The notes: generated by a model from the letters alone, not told the origin. DNA of 64,000 bases from Flaccisagitta enflata (GCA_965153355.1 OZ231126.1:38130001-38194000); one strand, 5' to 3'. Numbered from the stretch's first letter, positions 1-13,699 are shown. Numbers and translations: made by a program.

Positions 1-60
1 GGCTCGAAGCTAGGATAAGCATAGGTCATCGGCCCCTTCGGGGCCGCTGCCCAAAAGGAC

Positions 61-711
61 AAATCAAGCATTTAGGACCAATAGACCCTGTAACAAGGTT
101 TACATGTCAATTGACAAAACATTATAGGTGTATATATCATGCCATTATCTTTGGTCCAACTTCTTGAAAAGTTTTGAAATATTTTATGAATAAATCAGAT
201 AGATACACCTATAGTGTTTTATCCATTGACTGAAAATTGAAGATATTGTGTTTGTAAATCTATCTTATTATTAGGACTAATAGACCTTGGCTAAGGATTT
301 GTTATTCCTAATCAAGAAAGGGCAGATCAAGTATTTAGGTCTAATAGAACCTGTCACAGGGTTTACTAGTCCTAAATAGAAAAGGGGGAAATCAAATATT
401 TAGAACTAGTAGACCCTGTCACAGGGTTTACTAGTTCTAAATAAGAAAGGGAGAAATCAAATATTTAGGACTAGTAGACCCTGTCACAGGGTTTACTAGT
501 CCTAAATAAGTAAAAGGCACATCAAGTATTTAGGACTAGTAGACCCTGTTACAGGGTTTACTAGTCCTAAATTAAAGATTTTGTACTTGTAAGTCAATCT
601 CATTTTTAGGACTACTAGACCCTAGTTATGGGTTTGTTAGTCCTAATCAAGAAAGGGCGACTCAAATATTTAAGACTAGTACACCCTGTTACAGGGTTTA
701 CTACTCCTAAA
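61..711. repeat. Tandem array of ~65-bp palindromic units
   Basis: Repeated tttaggactagtagaccctg-tca-cagggtttactagtcctaaa. Half-units (taggactagtagaccct) recur at about 1800-2160. Confidence 0.85.
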
Positions 712-1043
712 CAGTCAATGGACAAAACATTTTTTAGTATGTATATCATACCATTACTTCAGATCTAACTTATTGAAAATCAGCAAATTATCATATGCAA
801 TGATTAGTGGTTGTGATTACATTTGGCTGTAAACTGATAGTGATAAATCAAAATGTTAATGCAGGCTATAATCAACAACCAGTTGTGCTTACATTACAGC
901 TAGCTTTAACACTTTTAGTAAAATTACAGTAAGCTGTAATTCAAATCCCAAGTTATTTCATACATTATCTTATCTTTTATCAAGAAATAAGATCAAAGCT
1001 AATGTTATGCTAAATACATCTATAGTGTTTTGTCCATTGACTG
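712..1043. mobile_element. MITE with CAGTCAATGGACAAAAC termini (other copies ~106-232 and 59017-59200)
   Basis: TIRs cagtcaatggacaaaaca / tgttttgtccattgactg, flanked by taaa on both sides (708-711 and 1044-1047). Confidence 0.75.
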
Positions 1044-1076
1044 TAAATTGAAGATTTGGTTATTAGGACTAGAAGG

Positions 1077-1783
1077 GGCCTATTCACTGAATCACGAACT
1101 CTGATCTGGAAAAAAGGCCAGTCTAGGCTCATTCCACTGAAGCACTACTTCGTGCTTCAGTGGAATTGGAATTCGTGCTTCAGTGGATTAACTCTTAACC
1201 TCTTTTCATGATGCAATCATTGAATGTAAATATTCCAATGAAATAAGAAATTTATTTGATTTTGTTAAATTGAAACAAGAGAAGTTTTTTTTTTCTTTTC
1301 TAAACTGTCATCTTCAAATATCTTCAATTTCTTGTTTTTATTGTAAATATTATTTCCTATTGTATCAATTTTTGTGTCTCTGAACAAAAAAGTTTTCTTT
1401 CCTGCATCTTTTTTTCTTATGAATCTTGTTTTTACTGCAATTTTTTTCTTATCATATAAATTTTTGTGTCTTTGAAGGATTGAAGTTTTCTACTTTTCTT
1501 ACCTGCAATTTTTCTTCATAGGTTGAAAAGTAAGTTGATGTTAAAACATGTTTTCTTTTTGAATTAAGGGAGGTAAAAAAAAAACAGTGGATTTCTTTAT
1601 TTCTTCAGATAAAAAGATTACTTTTATTTTCTTTCACTGTGACAAAATCAGTTATGTTCAATTCCACTGAAGCTCGAATTGCCAAAAGCACTAGTTATTT
1701 CTTTTTCCACTGAAGCACTAGGGTGTGCTTCAGTGGAAATAATTCTAACTTAAGCACGAATTTCGTGATTCAGTGGATGCCCC
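1077..1783. mobile_element. Non-autonomous TIR element with GG termini and 8-bp TSD (Merlin-like hallmarks)
   Basis: Ends ggcctattcactgaatcacgaa / ttcgtgattcagtggatgcccc. Direct repeat ctagaagg at 1069-1076 and 1784-1791. Subterminal tccactgaagcac...gtgcttcagtgga palindromes. Confidence 0.65.
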
Positions 1784-2256
1784 CTAGAAGGCCTTTCTTT
1801 TAGGACTTACCATGTCAGTCATTCAACTAGATATTTGATCTCAGCATTTTTCTTTAGGACTAGTAAACCCTTGCACAACAAATATTCAGTGTCAGCCAGC
1901 ATAACTTCTACCTTTAGGACTATAAGGCCCTCCTCTTAGGACTAGAGGACCCACTTATTTGTTTAGGACTAGTAGACCTTAGAACGAATAGACCCTGCTT
2001 TTAGGACTTATAGACCCCAAACTTAGGACTATCTGACCCTCCTATATCAAGTGCTTTAGGACTAGTAAACCCTAGGACTAAAAAACCTTAGGACTAATTA
2101 GTCTTAGGCCTAGTAGACCCTAGGACTAACAAGTCTTAGTACCAAGTATCTTAGGACTAATAGGAGGTTCCCCCCCTGCCCACCCGCACGCGACTGGGGT
2201 AGCCGTGTATCCGGCCTTGTTGCATTACTGCTCCTGCCCGAATACTTGGTTAGCCT

Positions 2257-2783
2257 TTTTGGGCAGCGGCCCCGAAGGGGACGAAGTCCTGTAGAACACA
2301 GGGGACTTTCGTTTGTTTGTCCGTTCGTTCGTGCGTCCCCCCCAGGCCCTCTCAGGCCTGAAATCTGCCCTCTCAGGCCTTGAATCTGCCCTCTCAGACC
2401 TAAGATTTGCCCTTTCAGGCCTTGAATATGCCCTCTCAGGCCTGAAATTTGCCCTTTCAGGCCTGAAACCTGCCTGTCAGGCCTGAAGTCTGCCCTCTCA
2501 GATTCAAGGCCTGAGAGGGCAGATTTCAGGCCTGAGAGGGCAGATTTCAGGCCTGAGAGGACAGATTTTAGGCCTGAGATGGCAGATTTCAGGCCTGAGA
2601 GGGCCTGGGAGGGCGGACGGACGAACGGAAGGACGCACGAACGGAAGGACGCACGAACGAACGGACAAACGAACGAAAGTCCCCTGTATTCTACAGGACT
2701 TTGTCCCCTTCGGGGCCGCTGCCCTGCCTCTCATTCTGATTTACAACCCGGCAAAGCAGGGCAACGGGTATCGCTGACCACAT
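2257..2783 (+). mobile_element. Interspersed element family B (GGGCAGCGGCCCC inverted repeats, internal 21-bp minisatellite), Helentron/HINE-like
   Basis: gggcagcggccccgaagggg ... ccccttcggggccgctgccc enclosing (caggcctgaaatctgccctct)n in two opposed arrays plus GACG microsatellites. Related copies at 1-55, ~9958-10500, 26210-26675, 32840-33310 and ~44050-44355. Confidence 0.7.
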
Positions 2784-3241
2784 ATTGCCCTTGGGCGACC
2801 TGTTTCATCACTGCCTCTGCCCACCTGCACGCGACCTCGGCAGCCGTGTATCCGGCCTTGTCATTGCCCAAATGAACAAAAAAGCATCTGAATAGGTTTT
2901 CACCGCCCCTACCCACCTACACGTGAATTGAGACCTTGGCATGGTAACCTTGACCTGCTCAAATAAACAGATGGACCAATAAAGAAAATTTTGAGTCCTT
3001 GTCCTTGTTTTTCAGCGCGTCGAGAGGCCAAAAATGATGCGGTAATGCATGGAATAATTTCAGAAGCTCTAAAAATTGAAATGTGAGAAAAATCTCAAGG
3101 CTTTTTGCCATTAGCAAGGGAATCAAAATTTTAACAAATTAATATTCAACACCAGATGTTATTTGTACTTAAAAATTTAGGATAGGGAAATTACTTGATC
3201 CCAGCTTGTGGCATTTCCTTTCTCTCTCTCGAGGAAGGATG

Positions 3242-3356
<115 letters not shown>

Positions 3357-3794
3357 GAAAAGACAGACGTAGTGATTAGAGAAAGACATACAGAGAGAAA
3401 GAAATAGAGAATTGAGAGGGGGGAGGTGAATGGTTGTTGAGAATCAGTCAATAACCTCGATCCATTGGCATCCCGTGGTTTTTGTTCTGGTCTCCGACCT
3501 CTTTTTTTGCGGCACTTTTTGTGCCTTTGCGTCTCTCACTCACTTTGATGATCACGTGACCAAAAACCACATTCGTCATTTTTTCAAAGGTAAACAAAAG
3601 TAGATGATTTAATGAGGTTGGAAAAGACGCAAAGTCTCATCGAAATAAATCTCACTATGATATACGCCATAAAAAAAACCCTTTGTCATCAAAATACGAG
3701 AAAAACAGAATAGAAATTCATCGGTTTCATTTCACTGCTTGCTGTGATGCTCAGACATCATCTGTATTTGAAGGTATGACATACGTTCTGTCTA

Positions 3795-4165
3795 TTCCAA
3801 TTTTTCCATCCCATTTCTTTACCAGAATTTTTTTTGTTTCTACCTTTAACAAATACATTGCTGCAATTTTTCGTACCTTGGTTCGTGACGGAATGAAATT
3901 TGATTCCACATGAAGGGACATTAGGACCATAGATCATCTTTCTTTTCTAAAATGTTTTGCTTTATGTGTTATTTTCAATTAAGACAAAACGTATAACCAA
4001 TGGAACACATATGTAAGCCATTCCAATTTTTCCAGGTCATTTCTTTACCAGCCTTTTTTTTTCACTACCGTAAACAAATACATTGACTGCAATTTTTCTT
4101 ACCTTGGCTCGTGACAGAATCAATTTTACTTCTACATGATGGGACATTATGACCAAAGATCTTTT
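3795..4165. repeat. Diverged direct duplication (~225-bp period)
   Basis: attccaatttttcca...taccttgg.tcgtgac.gaat...gggacatta.gacca.agatc occurs at about 3795 and about 4020. Confidence 0.7.
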
Positions 4166-4979
4166 TTTTTTCTTCTCTCATTCTATAATGATTTGCTTTA
4201 CAGATAATTTTCAATTAAAAAAAAATGTGAGACCAATGGAACAACTGTGAGCCAGTGGATACTCCCCTCATGTTTCTTCCAATTTTGCAGCCATACATCA
4301 CTGGTAGGATGCATAAAAAACAAATCTTGTTCATAAAACGCATTTAACATTCACGCACCCTCGATCGTGAATCAAAAATCTGGCTCTCACCCTATTCCTT
4401 GGAGAATTCACTCAAAAACCCAAACCATATTTTCATTAGGACGATGTCTTCAAGATTTGTGTCCATAACCACATCGGGGTTATGTATATTATCTTTGAGC
4501 GAATTTGATACGCGAAAGCCGCGAAAGTCTAAAGCACTTTTTCTACACACGATGCAGAATCTTTTAAGGCATCATTTCTTTTCTCTTTCTCGTCAAAACT
4601 GGAGGAGAGGCAAACGTCATTAAGTAGGCCAGAAATGGAAAGTTTATATGTTTCTCGTGTATTCGTTATTTTTACTCAATTTCTTTCCCAAATCTGCGGA
4701 CAAAGAAGTTCTCTTGAAAGAACCAAGAGTGGTTTCGAGTTTGTAACATGAAGATAACACCAAGGAAACAAAGGAGAAATCCACGTAAATGTTGGAAAGG
4801 TATTCATGATATTCTTTTCAGGAAGTAAAATGATGAAAAAAAAAAAGACTGCGAATTTAATGATGCGGAGATGATCTCAAGATAGACACAAAAATCGAAT
4901 CCGATGAAACAACGATACACTAGGGAAAAGAGAATAGGGGTTGGGGCCTAGGTCGGCTATAGGATTTCCGCCGTAAAGG

Positions 4980-5111
<132 letters not shown>

Positions 5112-6761
5112 GGACAGACAGACACATTAAGTGGTTAACTGTCCGACAGACAAAATCTGACGCAAAAAACAAAAAAAGTGGACAGAAATACCGGAGACAG
5201 AATGCCAGTCAGACGTGGATGGATGTGAAAATAAAGCAAGACAGACAAAATGGACAGGTAAACATGATAAAAGTGAAGGAAATGGGAAGCCAGACGGACA
5301 GCCAAATCTCGAGAAATATCGAAACGGAAAAAAAGTTAATGGGAAATGATACGGAATTTTTTTGTTTTTCTTTTTCCAAACGGTGAAAAATGCTGGAGAC
5401 TAAAAAGTGTTTGGAAAATATGCCTCAACAGATTTTGAAATTTGATTTATAATTCCTGGCTCGCGAGGGATGAAGATTCTGAAAATAAAAGGACTTGGGA
5501 CCTCAAACGTATACAAAGCGGATTTTGTGAACATGTTTCAAGCGAGGCTTACAAATCGTTTTGTCGTTGTTTATTTTTGTAGGTTTGAAATAGTTTGTTT
5601 ACCTCGAGAGGTCCTTGAGTGGAGGCGGCCTCAGTGCAATTTCTCGTAAGCATCCCTATCCCTCCATTAAACTAGATCCTCAACCCTGAATCATGCTTAC
5701 ATAGACTAAACTAGCATTGGATTTAGTGCATGGATGAAAAAAAACGATAAGGTTATTATCGTGCTCCTCAACTTTTAGGGTATTTATAATCCAGCGACAA
5801 AGGACAAAACACTTGCCTTCTTATGTGAGCACCATCGAACCATCGAACTGACCATCGACCATCGAACTGACCGACCATCCAACGGATATGACCCATTATA
5901 GACGCGTTTTGGCGCACATTAAAACGGCCACTTGGACGGACGAAGAAGGCGAAGGGGTGGACTCTCGGCTATTCAAATTAAGGAGTTTGAGATGCGGCGA
6001 AAGGGGAAAAAATCGTCGATCTTTTTTTAGATTTTAACGAATCTAAGTAGAGATACGGGGGGCCCTCGATGAATGCTAACTCAGGGAAAGGAAAATAAGA
6101 ATGCGCATCGGGAGGCCCGCGCCAAATGAGATTCCATTAACGAAGAAAAGGCAAAAAATTGGGAAGAAAAGAAAGTAATGAAAGAAGCATGATTTGGACG
6201 AAGCGACGCTAATACGGAAATAAAGTCATTGATTTCATCCTTTTTTTGCCACACCCATGCTAAGCGAAAAGTACATGTTTGCAGCTTCAATTATTACACG
6301 GAATATTGTATTCGGTATCCTTTGTCAGATTGACAGATGGTGCTATTCAAAACCTTTCAATAGGTTCGTAGAATGGCATCATTGCATTAACATCAAGTTG
6401 CAAGGCTTACTGACGTGCTCATGATTTTTCAACAGCTTTTATCTTACCTACATCTTCATACTAACACTAATCCTCACCCTCACCCGAATCCTTTCCTTCT
6501 TTTTTGTTTTCTTATCTTGATCTTTACACTTTTTATTTTTTATAAGAACCTAGTTCATAAGAACATCAAGCCCAAAAATAGCTAAAGAATTAAGAACATC
6601 ATATTTATTTTATTAGTCGCTCTCTCTGTCTCTTTTAAAGGCTTCAGAAAAAAAATGACGTTCTTATAAAAAAAATAGTGTATTCTTGTTATTTTCTGCC
6701 TTTCTGTCTCTGTCTCTGTCTCTCTCTGTCTCTCTCTGTCTGTGTGTATGTGTCTGCTGTT

Positions 6762-6909
<148 letters not shown>

Positions 6910-8476
6910 TTCATTTTTTTCTTGGTTCTGTGTTTACCACTAGTATTCTTCATTTTGTCTCTTTGTTCTCTAATTTTTTGATACTCAATATTCCCAAAGT
7001 GCATAAAGTGTTCTTTCTGACTGTAATAATAAACTTGGTGAGAAAAACTGAAAAAACAAATGAACCGTCTTGGGACAGCGGCATAAAAGAAAAAAAAATT
7101 GAAAAAAAAATCTTGTAATAAATTCTTGATCTGGTATTTGATCATTCCTCCTATTTTCCCAGTAAATATTTTTTTCAATTACATCTTTATTTGTGAAAGA
7201 AAATTGTTTTTGCGTGACTCATATCTGCATATTTAGTCGAGCGATGTTGACGCAATCAAGTCATGAATAGGGAATGCCTTTTGCCTATAAAAGGTTACAA
7301 ATATGCGCTTTATGAAATAATAAGCAAAAAATTCTTCCTTCCTTGCCCACCCCCCTTTATTTTTGGATGAAAGGGTCAATGGCCTCATTTGGATAGGTCG
7401 AAGATTTTTTGCCGTTACGTGATATATAATGGGCATAGTGAGGTTTACTGTCCCACATACATAATATCATAATATCATAATATCATGATATCATAATAAG
7501 AAGATGTTTGTCATAGAATCGTAAACACTGTGTTGAGATAAGACATGCAAATTATAGCCCCAAGATACAAATCGCATGAAGCGCATGAAGCGTCATTGCC
7601 ATTCTGATGATCTCAGCGCGCTAGCGCCTCATGAAGAAACTGGTTAAGATTGATTCATTGAATAAAACAAAATCATCTGCCTTCTTTGGTGGTAATGCCA
7701 TGTATAGGCATTATTCTAATAGCAACGGGTGCTACTTACCATCGCACCCTTTTGAGACTTGTTTTTCTCTTATTAGAATCACAAATCTCAGCGCTTTTCT
7801 CTCACGTTGATTGACGTAGGAATGAGTCAAACGTTTTCAATTGATTAGGGTTTGAGTAAAAATGAACACAAAAGGATTTTCCTCTCAAACCCGCGCGACT
7901 CTCTTTCTGATTTTAAGCGGGTCCTCGAAGAAAACTTTCACTCGAACATCACAAATTCGATTTGCTACTTTGTTTGTTTCTTAATTCTCTCCTTAATTCA
8001 GTTAAATTAAAAAAAGAAGAGAAAGAGAGCGATTTGTGTGGAAGGAGAGACTAGGAGAGGATGCAACGAAAAAGGAATTTCCACACATCAATAGTCCGCG
8101 GTAACTGATTTGATTTTTTTTTCTTACTTAGATTTCCTATAATATTTTAACGATTTCTTGGTTTTGTCGGATTTTTTTTCTTCCTGTCAATTAGAAAAAA
8201 AACTGATTGGCGCCAAATCATCTTTCGCATGAATAAGTAAAAGTTAGAAATAAGAGAAATAACAGTTAATTAGCAGGAAAATTGCATGAAGAGAAAAAAT
8301 GATTAGCTATTGTTCAGTCTCCCCGCTTACTCTTCCAATTTTAGAATGCTAGTCTAGAGGCAATCGTGACATGAAATATGAAACTTCACAGACACTTGTT
8401 TATCAGTTGGTCGAACCGGAACCAAAAAAAAATGGAAAAACAGCGAGATGTAATAGTTAAGAAGATGGTTAAAAAG

Positions 8477-8734
8477 CAGGCGTGTATAAAGTTGAGCTAA
8501 AAAAAAAGAAAAAAGGAAATTTTTGAGGATTTAACACTTTTGGTAGTTCCAAATGGTAGTCTCTGATTACTAGAACACATTTTAACACTATTTAAACCTA
8601 TAATGTACTGTTTTATTGCTTTGTGGGGAAGAAAATCATAAATTTTGTAACGCGACGCAACGCGTCGTGGGGAAGAAAATCAAAGGCAGGGGGGGGGAAT
8701 AAAATCAAAAGCCGCTCAACTATATACACCCCTG
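8477..8734. mobile_element. hAT-like MITE (second copy 44947-45266)
   Basis: TIRs caggcgtgtataaagttgagc / gctcaactatatacacccctg. Flanks ttaaaaag / tcaaaaag give a 7/8 match 8-bp TSD. The internal aacactatttaaacct...ttttattgct segment is shared with the 44947 copy. Confidence 0.7.
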
Positions 8735-8808
8735 TCAAAAAGGTATACCGACGAAGATGGTCAAGTAGACAGAGGAAAAGTTGAAAAAGACGCGTAAGAT
8801 AGATAGAG

Positions 8809-8882
<74 letters not shown>

Positions 8883-10795
8883 GCTGAAAATATGGCTAGT
8901 TGCGGGTGGGAAGGGGAAGAGATGAGAAAGGTTAATCATTTTAATCAAGGAAGGGCCGCTTAGTATAACAGGTCAAAAAGATCCGTTATTACTGACAAAC
9001 CGGCTGACCAACCAACAAGCCAATTAACCGACCAACTGCCCTGCCAACTGATCGACAGACCAACTGAACGATCCACATAGCGATTTAGAGTCGCGAAGTG
9101 TGCGACTGGAAATATATAGAACCAAGAAGAGAAAGATAAAAAAAAGATGAAATAGACGGGAAAAAAGGAACCGATTTTGAAAGAAAGAATTTAGGACACG
9201 TTTGGGGTTTTTGACGGGAGCCGACCGTCGATGAAGCGTTAAGCTTAGGCTAAGGCGTGAAAAGAATTACGGGAAGCCAAAAAATAAAAAAGTTTTCATC
9301 CAATTGTTCATAGGAGAAGGTGTGATAATTTATGCACCGTAAGCCCCAAAAATCCGTCGAAAATCCCAAGTTTGGCGGAACTTCGACCCGCTGACAGGTT
9401 CTTTGACGACAATGAAGTTCATAAAGGTCCATTCAAAAATAAGTCTTGAGCTAAGCCTGTCTCGCGTAAGTGTTTTTAGGTATTCCTGATTTTCTTTTCT
9501 TATTCTTTGTCAAATGATTAAGATTCATTCTAAGATGTTCACAACTTTTATCATCGATAAAGTTGCAGCTGTGAGGTTGCGGAGAGTAATGATAATCGAT
9601 TTGAGTTTGCAGCAAAAGTCTCTTTCTTTAGGTAAGTTAGATTTTACTCAGTATTTATTACTTTTTATTCACTTTTTCATTCACTTCTTATTTTTTCACT
9701 TTTTTCGTGACTTGTTTTTTCCTGACAAAGTTATCTCCTTTTGAGGCGGAGGACAACGACAAAAAAGTGGAATCATCGTCATCACTTCATTTCGGGAGAG
9801 GGTAAAAAAGATGAGGATGAGGAAGAGGGAGAAGAGGCAAAAAGAAAAAGAAAAAGAAAAAAAAAAGAATAAGAAAAAGAAAAAGAAAGAGAAACAGGTC
9901 GCTCAAGCGTCATTATGATCAGCGGTTCCCGATGCGCCATTGATATCATTTGGTAATGGGGCAGCGGCCCCGGAGGAGTCAATAACTTATGATTCCACAC
10001 AAGGCAATTTTTTGGGATTTTGAATATGTATTTGGAGCTTTTGAGTGTGATAAGGGTTTTGAACTACATTGATTTTGGCCTGGGAGAACAAGGTGGGGTT
10101 GTGAGCTAAATTTTTGGTTGAAGGTTTAGACTGAGGCTCGTGGGGTCCAAGAGATGACATGTAGGGTCATGAAGGCCTGAATTGAGGTCCAAACAGCCTG
10201 GTTTAGGGCCAGAGAGGAATGATTGGGGCCTCGAGGAAAAATACAGGGGTTAAGAGACCTGATATGAGTAGCCTGTTTTGGGGTCTGATAGGTCTGATTT
10301 TGGGTCTTAGAGGTTTTATTTGGGGTCTTGGAGGCCTGATCTGGGGTCTGAGAGGCCTAATCTGGGGTCCATGTGGTCTAATTTTGGGTCTGAGAATCCT
10401 GATTTTGGGTCTGAGAGGCCTGATTTTGGATCTAAAAGGCCTGATATTAGGTCTGAGAGGCCTGATTTTGGGCTGAGAAGCTTGATTTGAAATCTGAGAG
10501 GCTTGATATGACTGCAAATTTTTGAAGGAAAATTAAGCGTTTCACCATACTTTTTGCATCAGTATCAGGATAATGATGGTACTTAAATGCTTTTAGAAGA
10601 CAAATTATCTCTAAAAACACTTGATGTATACACTTTTATCATATTCTGACCTCAAAAGTAATTTAAACTAAGCCATTCACTTGAAAATAGACAAGATAAT
10701 CAAGGTTTTTTATAAAATCTTGTTAACATTTTTTTATTCTTGCCTGCGGTTGAAATTGTATTACGCTCTAATGAAGGGAAATTTTGCATTTTGTA

Positions 10796-10894
<99 letters not shown>

Positions 10895-11176
10895 TCCCCT
10901 CCCTTTTCATCGTTGCTCATCTAGGTTTTTTTACATTGACAAAAAGAGAGTTTAAAAAAGAGGAAAGGCTGAATCTCGATTCCAAAAGTCGTTTTGGCAA
11001 AAGACAAATTCAAATTTGATGGAAATAGACGAAGTTGGAAAAGTGATCATTGTTTTATACTTTTTTCCACGCAAAAGTCTGGGGACTAAACTTTACTCAA
11101 GTCTTCTCTCTTACCTCTGCACCACCCAAACAACAAATGAAATCTCTCTTTCTTTTTCCTAATTTTTCTCTTTCTT

Positions 11177-11269
<93 letters not shown>

Positions 11270-11327
11270 TCGGCTGCGGCAGCCTGCTTTTGCCGCCTCC
11301 CCACCTCCCGAAACCATCCTTGTGCTT

Positions 11328-11500
11328 CGGTGGTGGTGGTGGTCGTGGTGGTGGCGGGGGTGGTGGTGGTGGTAGTGGTGGTGGTGGTGGTGGTGGTGGT
11401 GGTGGTGGTGGCGGGGGTGGTGGTGGTGGTGGTGGTGGTGGTGGTGGTGGCGGGGGTGGTGGTGGTGGTAGTGGTGGTGGTGGTGGTGGTGGTGGTGGTG
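11328..11500. repeat. (GGT)n microsatellite
   Basis: About 57 GGT units with a few GGC/GGG/AGT variants. This is the source of the poly-G/P/T/V ORFs in the track. Confidence 0.95.
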
Positions 11501-13051
11501 ATGATGACTCGGCGGTGGGCGTCAAGATTCACGTTCGCATGATTTCAACACTCAGCTAAAATTCTGAGCAAATGCCGATTCATAATTGCAAAACAGAAGA
11601 TTTATTGGTAAATGGTTAATGTTGTATCATTTACGTTACGTTACGTTGTAAGAAGTCATGAAACAAGTGACGAGGGGCCACAATACACAACGCAATCCTC
11701 CCTATTTCCTCCATACTGATAATGGGTCAGGGATCATTGTCTCAAGGGTCAGGGATCTTACAACTAGTTTTCAATGGATCCCCTTCATTTAACTTTATTT
11801 CTTTATAAAGAAAACGGTTCCAAATCGGATCCAGAACCGGAACCGGGATCCGAGAGTACCGAGGCTTTTTTGCTAGGTAGACGTAAGCTCGATTTTCTCT
11901 GAATGGTAATGATTCACTATGAAGCGGTAAAGACTTAGGGCGTATCGATTTAGCTAAAAAAAACATAGAAAAAAAAGGAGAGAGAGAAAGAGAGAGAGAG
12001 AGAGACAAAGAGAAACAGAGAGAGAGAGACAGAGACAGTGAGAGAGACAGTGTATATAGGCTGATGAGCTCTATGTTTTAGTGCATTTTTTTTGCTCATC
12101 ATTAATTAAACTGAACAAAAGAAGAAAATATATTCTCTCCTTGTGTCTTTTTCTTTCTCTTTTTTTCTCTCTCCATCATACTATCCTAGCATTACACTGA
12201 CTGTCATATACTGAATCACATTTTCTCTGAAAAAAACTGAGCTTACTTTGAATAGCTAGAAAGAGAACCGGATCCGGTTCCAAACCTGGAACAGGATCCC
12301 AAAATTATTCTCTCAGGTTTCTAAGAAAGAAATAAAAGGAAGGAACCGGAACCGCTCGAAGTAGTAGAAATGTCCAGGTTCCAATACAAATGGATCCATG
12401 TTCCGTTAATGACAGCCTAAATGTGTTGTGCAATATCATTGCGGACGGGTGGGTAGGGGCAAACAACCCCCATCTATACCCTCCTCTCCCCATACTCACT
12501 CATACACAAAGACAATGTTAACTGCAGCATCAAAAATACGCGTATTGTCATTTCGATCACCACGGACGGCCGAACGGACGGACAAAGTCTCTTATGGAGT
12601 TAACAGGGTGAGCATAAAATTTGGTCTGTAGCTTGAAAACTATACTTGTTATGGGAGTCATGACCTAAAATTTGAACCAGAGTTTCTCAGTTAGTCATGC
12701 TAAAAGTAGAAACTAAGAACAGCTGATAAAATTTCCGTACATTTTTGACATGATTTTATTTGCAGAGCTGTTTTTATTCAAAAAGGATGGTTGTTGCAAC
12801 TTTTATGGCCTCTAGATAGAATGTTTGAGAATAAATGTATCAAGGGGAGATAGTTAGGTCATCTAGGAGGAGATTCAGTTAACAAAAGTCAAAAGTGATG
12901 TATCAATCAAATTTAGACAAAAGATGCATGTTTTTTCACCAAAACAGAAATCTGTTGTGACTTTCTACTTTGGTCCCTGTTAGTCTAAAAATGTATTCGG
13001 CTGTCTACCATTCATCATTTTTCATTATCTAAAGTATGAAAAATAACCTAG

Positions 13052-13554
13052 TTTTTAGTTGCGTACACGCGACTCTACAACCCGCTTTGTCCATTGGTCG
13101 GTTGGTTGGTCGGTCGGTCGGTTGGTCGGTCGGTCACACTTTACTTTTTTTATAATTTTATTTTTTTTTACCTCACTGCTCCTGCCCAAATGATCTGGTG
13201 ACCTCAAATATGGCCCCTGCCCACCCGCACGCGACTTCGGTAGCCGTGTATCCGGCCTTGTTAATTTTGAATATTAACTTGAAAGAATTTATCCAAATAT
13301 AGGTGTCTTTTCTGTAGATATGATGGCCAGTACGAGATTTTTAGTCGCGTGCTACGCGACTCTACACCCCGCTTTGTTGGTCCGTCCATCGGTCCGTCGG
13401 TTCGTCCATCCGTCGGTCGGTCCGTCACACTTTACTTTTTTTGGGTTTTTAGGATTTTTGGCTTCACTGCTCCTGCCCAAATGATCTGGTGACCTCAATT
13501 ACGGCCCCTGCCCACCCGCACGCGACTGGGGTAGCCGTGTATCCGGCCTTGTTT
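13052..13554 (+). mobile_element. Two adjacent copies of interspersed family A, a Helentron-associated (HINE/DINE-1-like) element (13052-13262, 13338-13554)
   Basis: Layout: 5' TTTT plus palindrome agtcgcgtgc(t)acgcgact, a (GTCG/GTCC)n microsatellite, a 3' copy gcacgcgact, the hairpin gccg-tgtatc-cggc and the end cttgtt. No TSD; T-rich flanks. Confidence 0.8.
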
Positions 13555-13693
13555 GCACACCCTGTTACGTGCCCGCAACTAAAAGTGACTCAACATTTTG
13601 TAAGTGTACCGTAATAGAATGTTAATGTACCGACGCAATAACTCGCACACAGAAAAAACTATTGCGCCTTGCTAGAATATAGACATCTAATTA

Positions 13694-13699
13694 TTTATT
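13694..13699 (-). promoter_or_regulatory. Candidate polyadenylation signal of the zinc-finger gene
   Basis: AATAAA on the minus strand, about 320 nt downstream of the stop codon. Confidence 0.4.

Noticed and set aside
61-711. Regularly spaced palindromic repeats as a CRISPR array
   Set aside because: The context is eukaryotic, the spacers are similar to one another rather than unique, and there are no cas genes.
2504-2875. LRPEICP-repeat ORFs (also 10203-10517, 17771-18124, 26213-26585)
   Set aside because: They are translations of 21-bp minisatellites inside non-coding interspersed elements.
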